The notes beneath the pieces are model-generated. The model was not told where the DNA came from, did no database searches, and was given only the letters and a program-made list of their open reading frames with translations. A stretch of 63,483 bases of DNA, the filler included, from Phoronis australis (Eukaryota > Animalia > Phoronida): assembly GCA_002633005.1 (NCBI GenBank). It is 11 parts of 11 records of this genome, joined end to end, with 100 filler letters (N's around TTAATTAATTAA, not from the genome) between each part and the next. Parts side by side here need not be neighbours in the genome. Positions count along the whole stretch, not along the records: positions 50,190 to 53,037 come from NMRA01003379.1; positions 53,138 to 56,188 come from NMRA01003255.1; positions 56,289 to 58,605 come from NMRA01003741.1; positions 58,706 to 61,169 come from NMRA01003658.1; positions 61,270 to 63,483 come from NMRA01003791.1; 6 more parts are not named here. The stretch is one strand, 5' to 3'. The position numbers and the translations under genes are program-made. This document shows positions 50,960-63,483 of this stretch, piece after piece. The first letter of the stretch is position 1. Each line of letters begins with the position of its first letter.

Positions 50960-51960
50960 TGAACGAGGTACCAACATCTGACCACGGGACCATTTAGAGT
51001 ACACCTCAGTATGTACAGAAATGGACGTCTGCCGTTGTCTGCACTCTGGGGGTGACCAATGGGGGCCTTACAAAGGGTCCAAAAATGAGCTAGACTAGAT
51101 ATTCGAGGTACCGGCCAAAACTGATTTAAAACGAACAATAGCACCGCACTGAACACAGAATGACCCATGACAGACAAATTGAATTCTGGAATGGGTCCGG
51201 CAGAAACCAAAAAAGTACCCCCCAAAAATGAACTAGCGCATACATTCGAGGTACCGCACAAAACCAATTCAATATGATTCAATACATGTCACAGATCACT
51301 AAATGCCCTATGACAGACAAATTACACTCTGGATTGTGCCCCGCAGAAACCCCCAAAAATCTTAACCACTGTATGCCATCAAAATTTGAGCTAGGCTAGA
51401 TTTTCGAGGTACCGTCCAAAACTGGTTTTAAACGAACAATAGTACCGCACTGAACACCAAGTGACCCATGACAGACAAATTGCACTCTGGAATGGGTCCG
51501 GCAGAAAGCAAAAAGAGTCCCCCAAAAATGAGCCAACATATACATTCGAGGTACCACACATACAAAACCAATTCCATGAGGTTCAATACATGTCACAGGT
51601 CACTAAATGCTCTATGACAGACAAAATACACTCTGGATTGTGCCTGGCAGAAACACTCAAAAATCTCAACCACATTATATGCTATCGAAACTTTGACATA
51701 CATTAGATACCCGAGGTACTGGCTAAAACTGACTTAAAACCAATAACCGTCCCGCACCAGATGACCCATGACAGACAACAAATTGGGCTCTGGAAGACGT
51801 TCGCCAGAAACTCAATGCCACCGTAAAAGGAGCTAGGTCTTCATTCGGGGTACCACAATAAACAAGTCCATGTGATTCAAATAGATGTAACTGGTTACCA
51901 AATACCCTATNACCCATTGTGGGTTGTGCTCGCCAGCCCTAGAAATCTCAACTACCGGTA
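50960..51960. repeat. ~300-bp satellite-like repeat with ~150-bp subunits
   Basis: CGAGGTAC...AAAACTG recurs at ~51104, 51405 and 51712. CGAGGTACC and ATGACAGACAAA recur at the half period. Confidence 0.8.
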
Positions 51961-52494
51961 AGTAGTTTTGAAAATATATGACATATTGGATGATGAGTTT
52001 ATACTTTTGCGTCTACTGAGCTCTCACGCTGGTTGCCAATTGGATGATGGCGGAGAGTATGCATTTTGGAAAGTACATGATAACACTAAAACTTTGGAAT
52101 ACTAGTAACTGTCTTAAACCAACCCACTAAATGAAGTTTAAGAACGCAGATTGTGTAAAATATAAAACGCTATCAAAACTGCCAACAGAAAGGATACGTC
52201 AGCGACAACATACATGTATATGGCCCCTAAATTTGCGCTAGATCGAGGAACCACGAAAATTATTTCCAAAGAGCCCTTTCATTCCATTGACTACTAAATG
52301 ATACGATGAAAGAAAAGTAACAGACGTGTTTTTCAAAACCTTCTTTAATCAAAATAAACTGCATGAAATAGAGCAACACTTTCAAACAGCATTGTAACAG
52401 ATAATTAAAATCAATGTATTGACGAGAACATCAAGCTACTGCATGTATATGTTTAATGTCAACAGTAGTTTCCTGTTAGTTTTAATGCGTTTTA

Positions 52495-52870
52495 ATATCA
52501 GATTCGTCACTGCTACTCCAGCTTGATTCGGGCTCACTTGTTTCGTCATAGCCCATTTCCTCTACCTATTGATTGGCTTAGTTTTCTTGTAAAAGACCAG
52601 CACCTTCAAAAAGGACATCAGGAACGGAAGATCCACAAAACCATTCGGGAGTGTAGTGTCCATCTTACACCTTCCACTCTTGTAAGAGGATCCAAACCGT
52701 TTCCCGAATTGGCAGAATCCACTTGACCCCAGAGCAAGGCAACATAATGGGCTCGTTTGAGCTTGTTCAATAGTGTCTTTCGGCAATGAGGTAGCAACGC
52801 GCAGTCAATCTTCTTGATGTTGGACATCGGCTTTTGCTGAAATAAATAGTGAGAAAATTTCATTGACGAG
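52495..52870 (-). pseudogene. Decayed DNA-transposon ORF C-terminus (Academ-like, tentative)
   Basis: KKIDCALLPHCRKTLLNKLKRAHYVALLW, then after a frameshift EWKV*DGHYTPEWFCGSSVPDVL and an acidic tail. Resembles the LPP..RA.Y...W...GW...P.WF region of XPG-containing transposon proteins. Confidence 0.5.
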
Positions 52871-53137
52871 GGACCAATTGTCTAAAAGCTGACGAAAAAA
52901 AAACATAAAACCTCACCACCATTTACTGCTTTTCAAGTATGACGTGAAACTGGGCCTTTCAGTTTAATACTATGAAAACATTTGAAATTATTTTCGTTGC
53001 TTTTATGAACTACATTTTATCAATTACAGTTATTACCNNNNNNNNNNNNNNNNNNNNNNNNNNNNNNNNNNNNNNNNNNNNTTAATTAATTAANNNNNNN
53101 NNNNNNNNNNNNNNNNNNNNNNNNNNNNNNNNNNNNN

Positions 53138-53293
53138 CGATGGATCCCAAAGACTTCCTGGCCGAGGCTCAAATTATGAAGAAGCTACGGCACCCCAAAC
53201 TGATCCAGCTGTACGCTGTGTGCACGCAGGACGAGCCCATTTTTATCATCACGGAATTGATGAGGCACGGCTCGCTGCTGGAGTTTCTACAGG
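53138..53293 (+). CDS. Src42A: Src42A/FRK-like tyrosine kinase exon (5' end cut by contig start)
   Basis: Encodes [51 protein letters not shown], then G|gtgagt. Confidence 0.9.
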
Positions 53294-54553
53294 GTGAGTT
53301 CGAGGTGGTGGGTTGCTTCTACGGGGTGCTAGCAAAGATCAGGTGTGCGCTGGATTGGATGCACTCAGACTGTAGCTAACGCAGGACTGGATGCAATGTG
53401 TGGTGGTGTACTAATTAGACAGTTAGGGAAATGAAATCACGGATTCAGAAGGGGTTCAGGGTACCCAGTGGCTTGTTGTATGTAACAATCCCAGATAGGG
53501 ACTCGACTAAGTTTCGTAGTGTGTGTATTTGTGTTTTGTTTTTCTATCATTTTATCTTTGTTATGACATTTTCTGATGACTTGTTTTTGACTAAAAACTG
53601 AGCCCTTATTTCAACAAAAATGATTAGGGGCATTGCTGGAAAGGAAGCATATTGATGTTTTCAAATAATATTGAGAATTCGGAATGGATGAAAATAAAAA
53701 CAGCATAAGAAAGGACAATCAGTGTTTCTAGAAATCCACAAATGCAGTGAAAAGTAATGGAACGTAGACTGTACCTCGTTTGGTTCTGTTTCATGCATGA
53801 AGCCAAAGATCCCTCCTGTTCAGGCTTTGCTGTTTTGATGCAATGGAGGAATACAAAGGGCCCCGTGGGCCCGAAGTCTGTCCATTGTCACCTCCCTGGC
53901 CAGGCCACTATGCTGGATCTGTGTATGCATTGGAAATGGTTTAGATGTAGAATTTAGCTTTTAAGCATTGTTACATGACATTTTCCTGGGTTGAGAAAGA
54001 TGAAAGTGCCCTCCCGAATTTATGACGTTTATTTTGGTTGTTGAAATAAGAGCAAATTTAAAATTATGTGCGCGTGTTTTTGCACAAGAAACAAATTTTT
54101 GAAAACTTGAGGACAGCATTCTGTTGCATGAGATGGTAACAAATGAATGATTTCTTCCTCTGTAGGAATGTTAGGGTGTAGATTAGGCAGTGCATGGTTT
54201 TTGACACGGCTGAATGAACTCAAAACCAGTTGGTTTTCACTTCCAGCAAGACCGGTTGGTTCATTTCCATTCTGCATGTGGTCTATTTGGGATCTGAATG
54301 GCTTGCGTTTGACTACACTAATCTTAATGTAGTTATGTCAACTTCACCAGGGTTAACTGTACAAAGTTGCAGGTTTGAGATACAAGTTAACATGTTGTCA
54401 AGCATTAAGTGCCTCAAAGAAGCCATGGAAACACTCATTCATGGCGAACAAGTTAGAGAATAGTCAATGGTGAAAATAGCTCACTTTAGCTCATAGAAAG
54501 TTGATTATTTTGTCTGCAATGGGAGAATCGAATCAATACTTTGGAACGAATGA

Positions 54554-54880
<327 letters not shown>

Positions 54881-56885
54881 TGAAAAAGTTGTAGCTGTCG
54901 AGTTGTGAAATCTGGTTGGTCGTTCTTCTAAATCGTATAAGATCTTGGAAGAAAGTCGACTCTAAATCGTTGGAGAATTGGCAATAATTTTCTGTGAAAT
55001 TTCCAAAAGGGAAGATATTCGTGAAGTTTGTATGTGAAACACACCCACTGCAGATTTCAAATCTGTCAGCCAAAAATCCTCAAAATTTGGGAGAAAGTAT
55101 TTGGTGAAATCTATTTGCATTCAGTGCTGTTTTCTAATGGCTGTCATTTAATCCAAATGCCTAAAATATATTGAAACTAAATTCTTAAGGCAAGGAAACA
55201 AGCAAACTTGGCTTAAACAATATCTCTTAATAGTAGTAAGTTGGAATTGGGCTTGAAGGAAAACATAGGTCTTATTTTCACATCATCACTGATCAGAAAA
55301 TGTTGCATTGTGGACTTGTTCACCTTGACCTTGACAGCCATCAATGCAATTGCCTCATGTTGCATAATGTTGTTGAAATTCACTTCCATGTAGTACACAC
55401 TGATTTATTCATCAGTATGGTAGGTGCATCCACTATTTAACAGCTTGTAGTGTGAGTTGCTCTTCTGCTCAACTGTGTTGTAATTAGAGAATAAGAACGT
55501 CTCATCTTCATATAGGGGTCAGCAGGTGTAGTCATGCAGACACATGCCCTCATAAATGGTTGGCGAGATGGTAGTTTTGATTACACATAACTACTGAATT
55601 GTAAATGCTGCCTTTTCACACTGTCAGGTCAACCTCTGAGCAAACGAGTTGACTGTAATATAACCTAGAAAGCCCATTACAGAAATTATTTTTGTCACAG
55701 TTAATTTTTGGGAATTTATTAAGCTGGTTTATTGATGTAGACAAAAATTTTTGTTTCATTATCTATCTTGAAAATCTGGCTGGAGACTTAGTTGGATTTC
55801 TGACTTTCACAACATATTTTGTCCGTGACGAAATGACTGCATATTGAAACTTGGTAGTGCACTCAAGTGTATAATGTACACTGTTTTTTAACATAACCAT
55901 AAATGAACTCGACTGCTGTAGAGAAAAAAATGAAATTTCTTCTTTGTCAAAAATTGCCGAAAATTGGACAACAAGATTTTGCCAATTTTTGCCTAAACTG
56001 ATCATTGGCCTGAGCATAGTTTCTCGATTTAGTCCAGCCATTTCTTTTTACAAACGGTTTGGCCATTTGTCAGCTGGTGTTCTTCGCAATGCAGGTAAAA
56101 CTATAATGCTTTCACAAAGTCCATCTGAGACTGATGTGTTTGACTAAATTTTTAACGTTCACAGATTTCGTAAACGTTTTGTTTTTAANNNNNNNNNNNN
56201 NNNNNNNNNNNNNNNNNNNNNNNNNNNNNNNNTTAATTAATTAANNNNNNNNNNNNNNNNNNNNNNNNNNNNNNNNNNNNNNNNNNNNGTGTGTGTGCGT
56301 GCGTGCGTGTGTGATGCTGGAAAGAAGACTTCTGGGAATGTTTTTAAGCAAAACAAGACTGATATCTACAATTACTGAAAACCACTCCCAGTCTGTAGTT
56401 GAAATTGTATGGAGATGTTCTAATGAATATTCAACTTCCAAAGACCGAGGACTTCACCAGTGTGTTCAATTGCAGCAAGTAGATTTATGGAGATTTCATT
56501 TTTATTTTTGGACGGTAATATTATAAAGTGATCAAAACAGCCAAGTGTTGACTGTATGATAATAAGCAAGACGGTCACAGTTTCAACAAGGTGGTGGCTC
56601 AAGGTTTGGGAATGACGGGCATAATGAAAGCACAGATGTTTAAAAACCCTAGTGACAACACTGATAACATCGATAACACAGCCAGGAGGAGCTCCTTATT
56701 CATTCATAATGCAAGTTTACACAAGTGATAAAACTACTGATAAGCTATCACGGCTGTAAATGACACTGAATATACAAGGACTAGAGTGCAGTGACATGGG
56801 CTACTGATATCCACTCACAACCTCCAGTTTCAAATTCTTAACATATTCTGGAAGACGATTAGAAGTGCACTGGCTGTCTCTGGCT

Positions 56886-57050
56886 TTCCTATGATCTTGT
56901 CTTGACTTGACTGTGTACATAGAGTGAATGGATAAGGGTTCCTATGATCTTGTCTTGACTTGACTGTGTACATAGAGTGAATGGATAAGGGTTCCTATGA
57001 TCTTGTCTTGACTTGACTGTTTACATAGAGTGAATGGATAAGGGTTCCCA
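56886..57050. repeat. 53-bp tandem repeat, 3 copies
   Basis: TTCCTATGATCTTGTCTTGACTTGACTGTGTACATAGAGTGAATGGATAAGGG. Confidence 0.9.
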
Positions 57051-57097
57051 TAAGGCAATATTTTTTCAAATGAGACAATATTATTTAGTCTCAAAGT

Positions 57098-58605
57098 GTG
57101 CGGAACGGTTCCGCACTTTTTTAATATCCACTTAGGGCCATAAAAAATGGTATGTAACAAATCTATACCTTACCCTAAACATGTTTACATTGTTACATTT
57201 TGATTTCCTCAATTAGCATTTTCTTAATTTGAAGTTCAATTTTTGCCTTGCGGAATATTCCGCACTAAGTGAGGAATATTCCGCAAAATCTGCGGAATTT
57301 TCGGCACTGACTGCGGAATATTCCGCAGGTGTGCGGAATATTACGCAGATTTTGCGGAATATTACGCAGATTTTGCGGAATATTACGCACTGCGCAAGTT
57401 TTGTGGAATACTGTGACTTGAGAAATATTATGTATATTTTGTGGAATAATAATCAAAATAATAATTTATTTTTAAAAATCAACGTGAAAGTTCCAGAAGA
57501 GTTCTACAAACAGAAAAGTTTAGCACAGGACTAAAATTTTTAATTTTCTCCCGGCCCAATAAACATGAATTACATTCCATTTTCAATAGTACTTGAGAGT
57601 ATAATGTGTCCACTCTCAATAATATATTAATCAATGTGACGGTTGCAGAAGGGTTCCACATGCGGAACGGTTCCGCAATTTTTTAAATTCTCATGGCCAA
57701 TAAAGTTAAAATGCATTCCATAATCAATACCACTTGAAAGTATCAATGTGACAATCTTAAAAATAATTACTCGATCAATGTGACAGTTGCGGAACCTTTC
57801 CGCATGCGGAATGGTTCCGCATGCAGAACCGTTCTGTATGGGGAGCAATTTCCCAAACAGAATGGTTTTGCTGGGTATTTGATTTCACCAATCAACTTAA
57901 AATACATTACATTATCAATGCCACTTGAAAGTATCGATGTGACAATCCTAACAGTAATTAGTTGATCAATGTGACAGTTGCAGAACCGTTCCGCAAACAA
58001 TACTTTTGTGATCCTCACAAGTTTTAAAAAATTTTTCTTGCACATTTCAGTTGAAATATACTCTATTCTCAATAGCATATGGAAATATCAATGAGTCAAC
58101 ATGAACAATGATTTATGAGTGGGGAACTAGCTGAATGGTTTGCGATGCAGAAACCTACCTCAAGCAGACTCGGGTAAAAATCGACATATTGTCTATGACA
58201 TTTTACAGCTTTTGGTAGAATCTTAAAGCAAGCCACGAAATATTTGAATCTTAATGTGGAACAAGCATTAAACATCAAAGTATCAGAATTTCTACCCCAA
58301 CAACATTTAATTAATAAAAGTGACAGTTGGGGAACCGTTCCGCATGCGGAAAAATTCTGCTTGGGGAGCGATTTCCGAAACAGAATGGTTTTGCGGGGTT
58401 TTTATTTCACCAATTAACTGAAAATGTATTCCATTACCAATGCCACCTGAAAGTATCGATGTGACAATCCTAACTGTAATTAGTTGATCAATGTGACAGT
58501 TGCGGAACCGTTCCGCAAGCGGAATCATTCCGCATGGGGAGCGTTTTCCCAAACAGAATGGTTTTGCTTAGTATTTGTTTTGCTCAATGAACTTAAAATG
58601 CATTC
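57098..58605. repeat. Complex repeat rich in TGCGGAA/TTCCGCA palindromes
   Basis: TGCGGAATATTCCGCA and TGCGGAACCGTTCCGCA motifs, plus ~185-bp units (GAAAGTATCGATGTGACAATCCTAAC). Confidence 0.75.
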
Positions 58606-59397
58606 NNNNNNNNNNNNNNNNNNNNNNNNNNNNNNNNNNNNNNNNNNNNTTAATTAATTAANNNNNNNNNNNNNNNNNNNNNNNNNNNNNNNNNNNNNNN
58701 NNNNNTGTGTGTGTGTGTGTGTGTGTGTGTGTGAACCTTTGGCGCAAAAGCAAACTACTGTCTCGTCAGATAGATGGCAGCAGCAGTCATGACTAGTCGC
58801 CATTGCTTCAAGATTGTTTCCAGTCGATAGAAACATTTCTAAGCAAAGACTGCTGGATTTTTCTCAGCAACTTTCAGGTCGAACATCCCAAAGGACCCAG
58901 CCTATTTGAAAACAACCTTGACATGATAGTCCTTGTCTTGTGATTGCCTCATGTCTGCTTCACTGTCTTGTATGATCAGATTCACTCATTTTCATTTTTA
59001 TATGATACTTTGTGAAGTGTATGAGGTAAAATATTAGCTTAAAGTTTTCTTACAACATTGGTTTTATAGCTGCACTATTAGCATTCAACAACATTTAAAG
59101 CACTGCTAAACTCGTGGTTTTTGTCAAAAACAAGTTTTGTTCGCCACTACAAAATTGGCCTGGTCTTTTTCTTTACTCAGTTTAGAAGCGATCTCTGTGC
59201 TTGGTTATAATACCTGGCCGTTTGTTATCCCTTCTGATCAATCTCATAAATTTTCAGATCACATGAAATTTTATGAGATTCAACTGAAGAAATGTTAACA
59301 AACTCTCAGTTCTCCCGGTAATTAATGAACAAAGAATAATTTTGNATGAGGTGCTTTATGTGGCTTTGAAGTATCTTAAGTTACTTTTACCTTGCAG

Positions 59398-59490
59398 GTT
59401 TATAAAATCAAAAGTGAAGAGTTGTCAACAGGGAATTTACTGGACACCATTGTGAACAGAATTGCCAGCAAAAGTTTCATTTCCTATTGA
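59398..59490 (+). CDS. TPRKB: KEOPS subunit TPRKB/CGI-121, last coding exon
   Basis: cttgcag|GTT...TAT TGA. Encodes VYKIKSEELSTGNLLDTIVNRIASKSFISY*, resembling the CGI-121 C-terminus. AATAAA at 59534. Confidence 0.75.
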   Translation, partial: VYKIKSEELSTGNLLDTIVNRIASKSFISY

Positions 59491-59726
59491 TGTCTTCTGC
59501 AGACACTTTTTGAAAGTATTTGTATATTTTGTAAATAAACACCCATTTTGTATAGACATTTTGATTGTAATTATTAAAAAAACAACACTGGTTGATGTTC
59601 ACTAATTTGATTCCAGATATTTTCTGGCTTTTGAAGAACATACTACCTTTCTGTGGCAGATTTGCAGAGTGTTTTGACCAAGGGGAAAAGAAATGAGTCA
59701 AAACGATGCCTAGTTCAGTAACTCCC

Positions 59727-60848
59727 CATAGGCGGATTTAGGGGGCCCCCCTCCCCCCTTGGCTGTCGCAAAAATAATAAAACAGCAAGAGCGTAGGGAA
59801 ATGTTGAGTTTATTAATGAACCCCGATAATTAACATTATACGGCCGAAAAAAGATTTAAATGTGTGCAGTTTTAGTGTGTTTGGGAGGGGTGCTCAGATT
59901 CAATTTCATTTGTCAAATTCGGAACACGGCGCAATCGTAACGGAACTATGGCTAAGGCTCTCCCGTGATATCCCAGGCGACCGGCAGTGGCGCTGCTCAC
60001 TACGACTGCGTTTCCGTCGTCTGCTTCACTGCGCAATGAAGAAATTACTTCATTTTTTAAAGAAAATGGAATCATTCGGAACACGGCGCAATCGTAACGG
60101 AACTATGGCAAAGTATAGACTCTCCCGCGACATCTCAGGGGACCGGCAGTGGCGCTGCGCACTACGACTGCGTTTCCGTCGTCTGCTTCACTTTGAAATG
60201 AAGAAATTTACTTCATTTTTTAAAGAAAATAGAATATGAGTGACCATGAAAAACAGTAGCTGTTGGTAAGATGTGAATTTTAACCGAAGCTTTAGTGAAT
60301 CACTCAGAAACTCGTAATTCTCTCTTTGTCAAACCTTAACTTAAGACGAGTTCCAAAGCAATCGCGTCATTCATTAATGCCAACACAAAAAATGGATTTG
60401 GTCTTTTGGGCATTTGAAGACTATTTTAAATACAACAATTTTTTTACGAACTGGTTGCACAAAATATAAAAAAGTAATATTACAAAAAGAAGTAGGTTTC
60501 GCGCGCATACTCTGTGGACCATAAATAAGTAAGTCTCTTAGTATCAAATTACGACTGAAGTCCTGGTGGTGCAGTGGTAAAGCACGCGCGCTCTATACGT
60601 CAGGTCTGGAGTGCGAGACTGTGTTGAATGCAGTTTTTCGAGTTTGACACGTTCTCCGTAATGTTTTGGGTTTTTTTTGGAAAATACTTCAAGAATCAAG
60701 GAAAACGCTTGATTTTAAGAGGAAAAACAGAAATCCCCCCTCCCTACCTCCCCCCAATCGGTGCTATGCGCATCTACAATGTTGCTTTGCGCAAACGTTT
60801 ACAGACAAAATGTTGGCCCCCCTTTTTGATATTCTAGATCTGCCACTG
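59727..60848. mobile_element. Possible non-autonomous hAT-like element with an internal ~150-bp duplication
   Basis: Ends CATAGGCGGATTT and AGATCTGCCACTG. Two copies of TTCGGAACACGGCGCAATCGTAACGGAACTATGG lie at ~59918 and ~60075. Confidence 0.4.
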
Positions 60849-61269
60849 TCACTGTACGTCACGGCCTTGTAACCGAACGTAAACGTGCACGGTGATCCAC
60901 CAAGATTACCGACATAAATTGGCAGGTTATTTTCTGGGAATTAAATGTTTTAGAAACATTATACATGTAAGCATGAGTACATGTACGTGGACGCTTTAGT
61001 ATTTATGTATCAGGCGTCATACACATACTTCCAGTGAAATTCGTTGTCAAGGTTTAGCAATCAACTTGGCCAAATACATTTTAGTCAATGGCATGTAATA
61101 ACATTAATTCACAATCAATTAATTAATAAAAATGATTGGAGTGTCTGTAATTACGAATGGCTATTGAAANNNNNNNNNNNNNNNNNNNNNNNNNNNNNNN
61201 NNNNNNNNNNNNNTTAATTAATTAANNNNNNNNNNNNNNNNNNNNNNNNNNNNNNNNNNNNNNNNNNNN

Positions 61270-61790
61270 TACGCAATTCTTTGGCCAGTTAAAATATAAT
61301 CTACAGCAGCATTTCCTCTAGCCGAGACAGAGGTGAAATTGTCAAATTCTGGATTAATTCTGCCGTTAACAATAGCCAATTTCGAGTCTTCTACAAACGT
61401 TTAAGTTTGTGGAAGACTTAAAAGTCAATTAAAGCATCACCAATTCGATTGGTCTGAAAATCTATGATCTGTCTTGGGCCCACTTCGTCAATATCCTGAA
61501 TGAAATCTAGTTTGTTGCCTGTTCTTGCGTTAAAATCCCCACAAATGAAGAAATTCTCAACATCACTAAAGTTATACAATTGGTTGATGAGATGAGAATA
61601 AATGTCATCAATGTTCTTACTTCTATTTGAACCCTTGGGAGGAAAGTAGCATGCATAAATTATAAAACAAGTTTCAGACATAATACTTGTAAACTTTACC
61701 CCTAGAATGTCACCATAAAAGGCATTATCAATAACACTCATATTAAATTTATCAAACATACTGTGTTTTATAAGCATATTTTCCCTAAGT
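61270..61790 (-). mobile_element. LINE AP-endonuclease relic
   Basis: CYFPP, ICGDFNARTG, then after an interruption IVNGRINPEFDNFTSVSARGNAAVDYIL. Confidence 0.85.
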
Positions 61791-63483
61791 GTCCACGTAT
61801 AGAGGACAATGTCAGGATACACCCATTCCCCTAAGAGTGCAGAGCTCCAGTAATTGCAACAACAATAAAACGATTATAAAAATAATAAATGTGCACGTAG
61901 AAACAGTAACAACACAGAAAACTTTTTCAGACGAGTCTGTTTTGCAGATTCGGTTTCCGGAATCATGAAATTTTAGATCAAGAGCGCAAAATTGTGAAAT
62001 TATTGACTATATGTTCACTAGAGTGAAAACTTCAGCAATGACTCTATCACATGAACGGGATTATAGAGTCACCAAGGACTCATTTTAAAGGAACGGCAAA
62101 AATATCGCCAACAAGATCTACACTAGTTCTACATTCCCATACATCACTGAATTCCTAATAAGGTAATACTTAAGACCGTATTGACAAGTACGCGTATTTA
62201 GCCTCGGAGATCTGCAAAACTATAGGTCTTAACTCGGTAAAAGAATGTATTTTCTCCCAAGCTTGTAGAATGTAATTTTTGACTTTTTACCAATGTTCCA
62301 GTAATTGGGTCAGGTTACCGTGTCTTTTGTAGAAATTAGCAAAAAAAGGTGCATGATTGGCAAAGAGTGACATCGATAATATGATTGTTAAATAAATCTT
62401 CAAGATGAGATCTCAAAAACGCTGTTGACAATTTTCTGAAATATTCGTTCGCAATAAAAGTCCTATCCTGAACAGCCTCTCATCATGCAAAAATGGAACA
62501 TTTTTAAAAAAAATAAAGCATAGTATCTGAAAGTTTCATTTCTCAGATATTATAATCCGATATTTGGCAAATTTGGACAGTTTTTCTAGGGTTCTACATA
62601 ACCTTAAATAGAAAGATCTTCATTAAGCAAAAACTTTCAAATCCTGAATTATGGGACATTAACGGCCCATGGAGAGATTTTTCTTTCGTCACTTGTCTGC
62701 GTGGTGTTGTGTAAAGGTGGTGCACTCACCTTACCACTCCACCAGGTTTCACCTTGCAACGCTTTTCTCACTAACACCACCAATCAAATTCAATACAATT
62801 ATCTAACATTGATCGAAATCTGCCCAATAGTTTTTTGGGGAACAGTACATAACACACACTTAATCGCAGTATCTGACTGAAAATTTCGTATAAATTCGAT
62901 CAGCTATTTCTGCAATATAATGTTAGCCAAATTTAGACATTTGCCTATGGTCCTACATAAATAACTACCTCTGGAACAGTGTACGATGTGCGAGTGAGAT
63001 TGCGATGGAATTTCACAATGTAAGAGCGTGACGTTCGCGTCTCTAGGAGCTCGTTTTTTGACAAATTCAATTCAAAATCAAAAAAGTGCAAACTCGAGTG
63101 GAGAGTTCTCACTAGCACATGAGCTATTGTTTTGCGATACAAAAATGTGCGTTACCTATTTCACAGCCGTCATCGGGAACGTTAGTTTCCTCAAAAGGCT
63201 AAAGAAGGGTAAGAGGTATGTTTAATACCCGTAACTGCTTTGTGACGGCTACATAAGCAGGAAGTCGTCATGGGCCAATCAAATACTATTTCCCTGTTTA
63301 CGGTGTTTTCTTTGGATAGGCTGAGAACCTGACATAACAGAACAGTTGAATGGCAACGTTCTAGCATATACATAGCAGCAAAAGTGAGATAACAACGGCA
63401 TCTATTGTTTCTATTGTTATCGCGAGGTCCTATGTCGATTTTTTGCTTGAGCTTTACTAGGGGTCACGTTACACCACGAGGGA

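Overview
AT-rich, intron-rich animal genomic DNA, probably from a marine invertebrate (the taxon is an inference). The window is not one locus: ten 100-bp artificial spacers (N44-TTAATTAATTAA-N44) join 11 pieces, so gene order across spacers is unverified. Reading splice sites and reading frames by hand recovers partial spliced genes that the ORF track mostly misses: a medium-chain acyl-CoA synthetase (4 exons, +), ubiquilin (7 C-terminal exons, -), CTP synthase (last 2 exons, +), DDX18 (first 5 exons, -) head-to-head with an unidentified gene (+), one orphan exon (-), PIKfyve (5 exons, -), a Src42A/FRK-like kinase (2 exons, +) and the last exon of TPRKB/CGI-121 (+). Mobile DNA includes a ~1.45-kb TA-flanked non-autonomous Tc1/mariner-type family (3 full and 2 partial copies, with nested insertions), Helentron/DINE-like repeats, a truncated L1/Tx1-like LINE with a target-site duplication, a LINE endonuclease relic, the 5' half of a Gypsy element, a decayed Academ-like transposase tail and small hAT-like MITEs. 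The most unusual observation is in the ubiquilin introns, where three minisatellites are amplified copies of the neighbouring exon-intron junction. Two arrays keep intact GT donors, while the acceptor-derived array has lost its AG in every copy. There is no CRISPR array or prokaryotic system.
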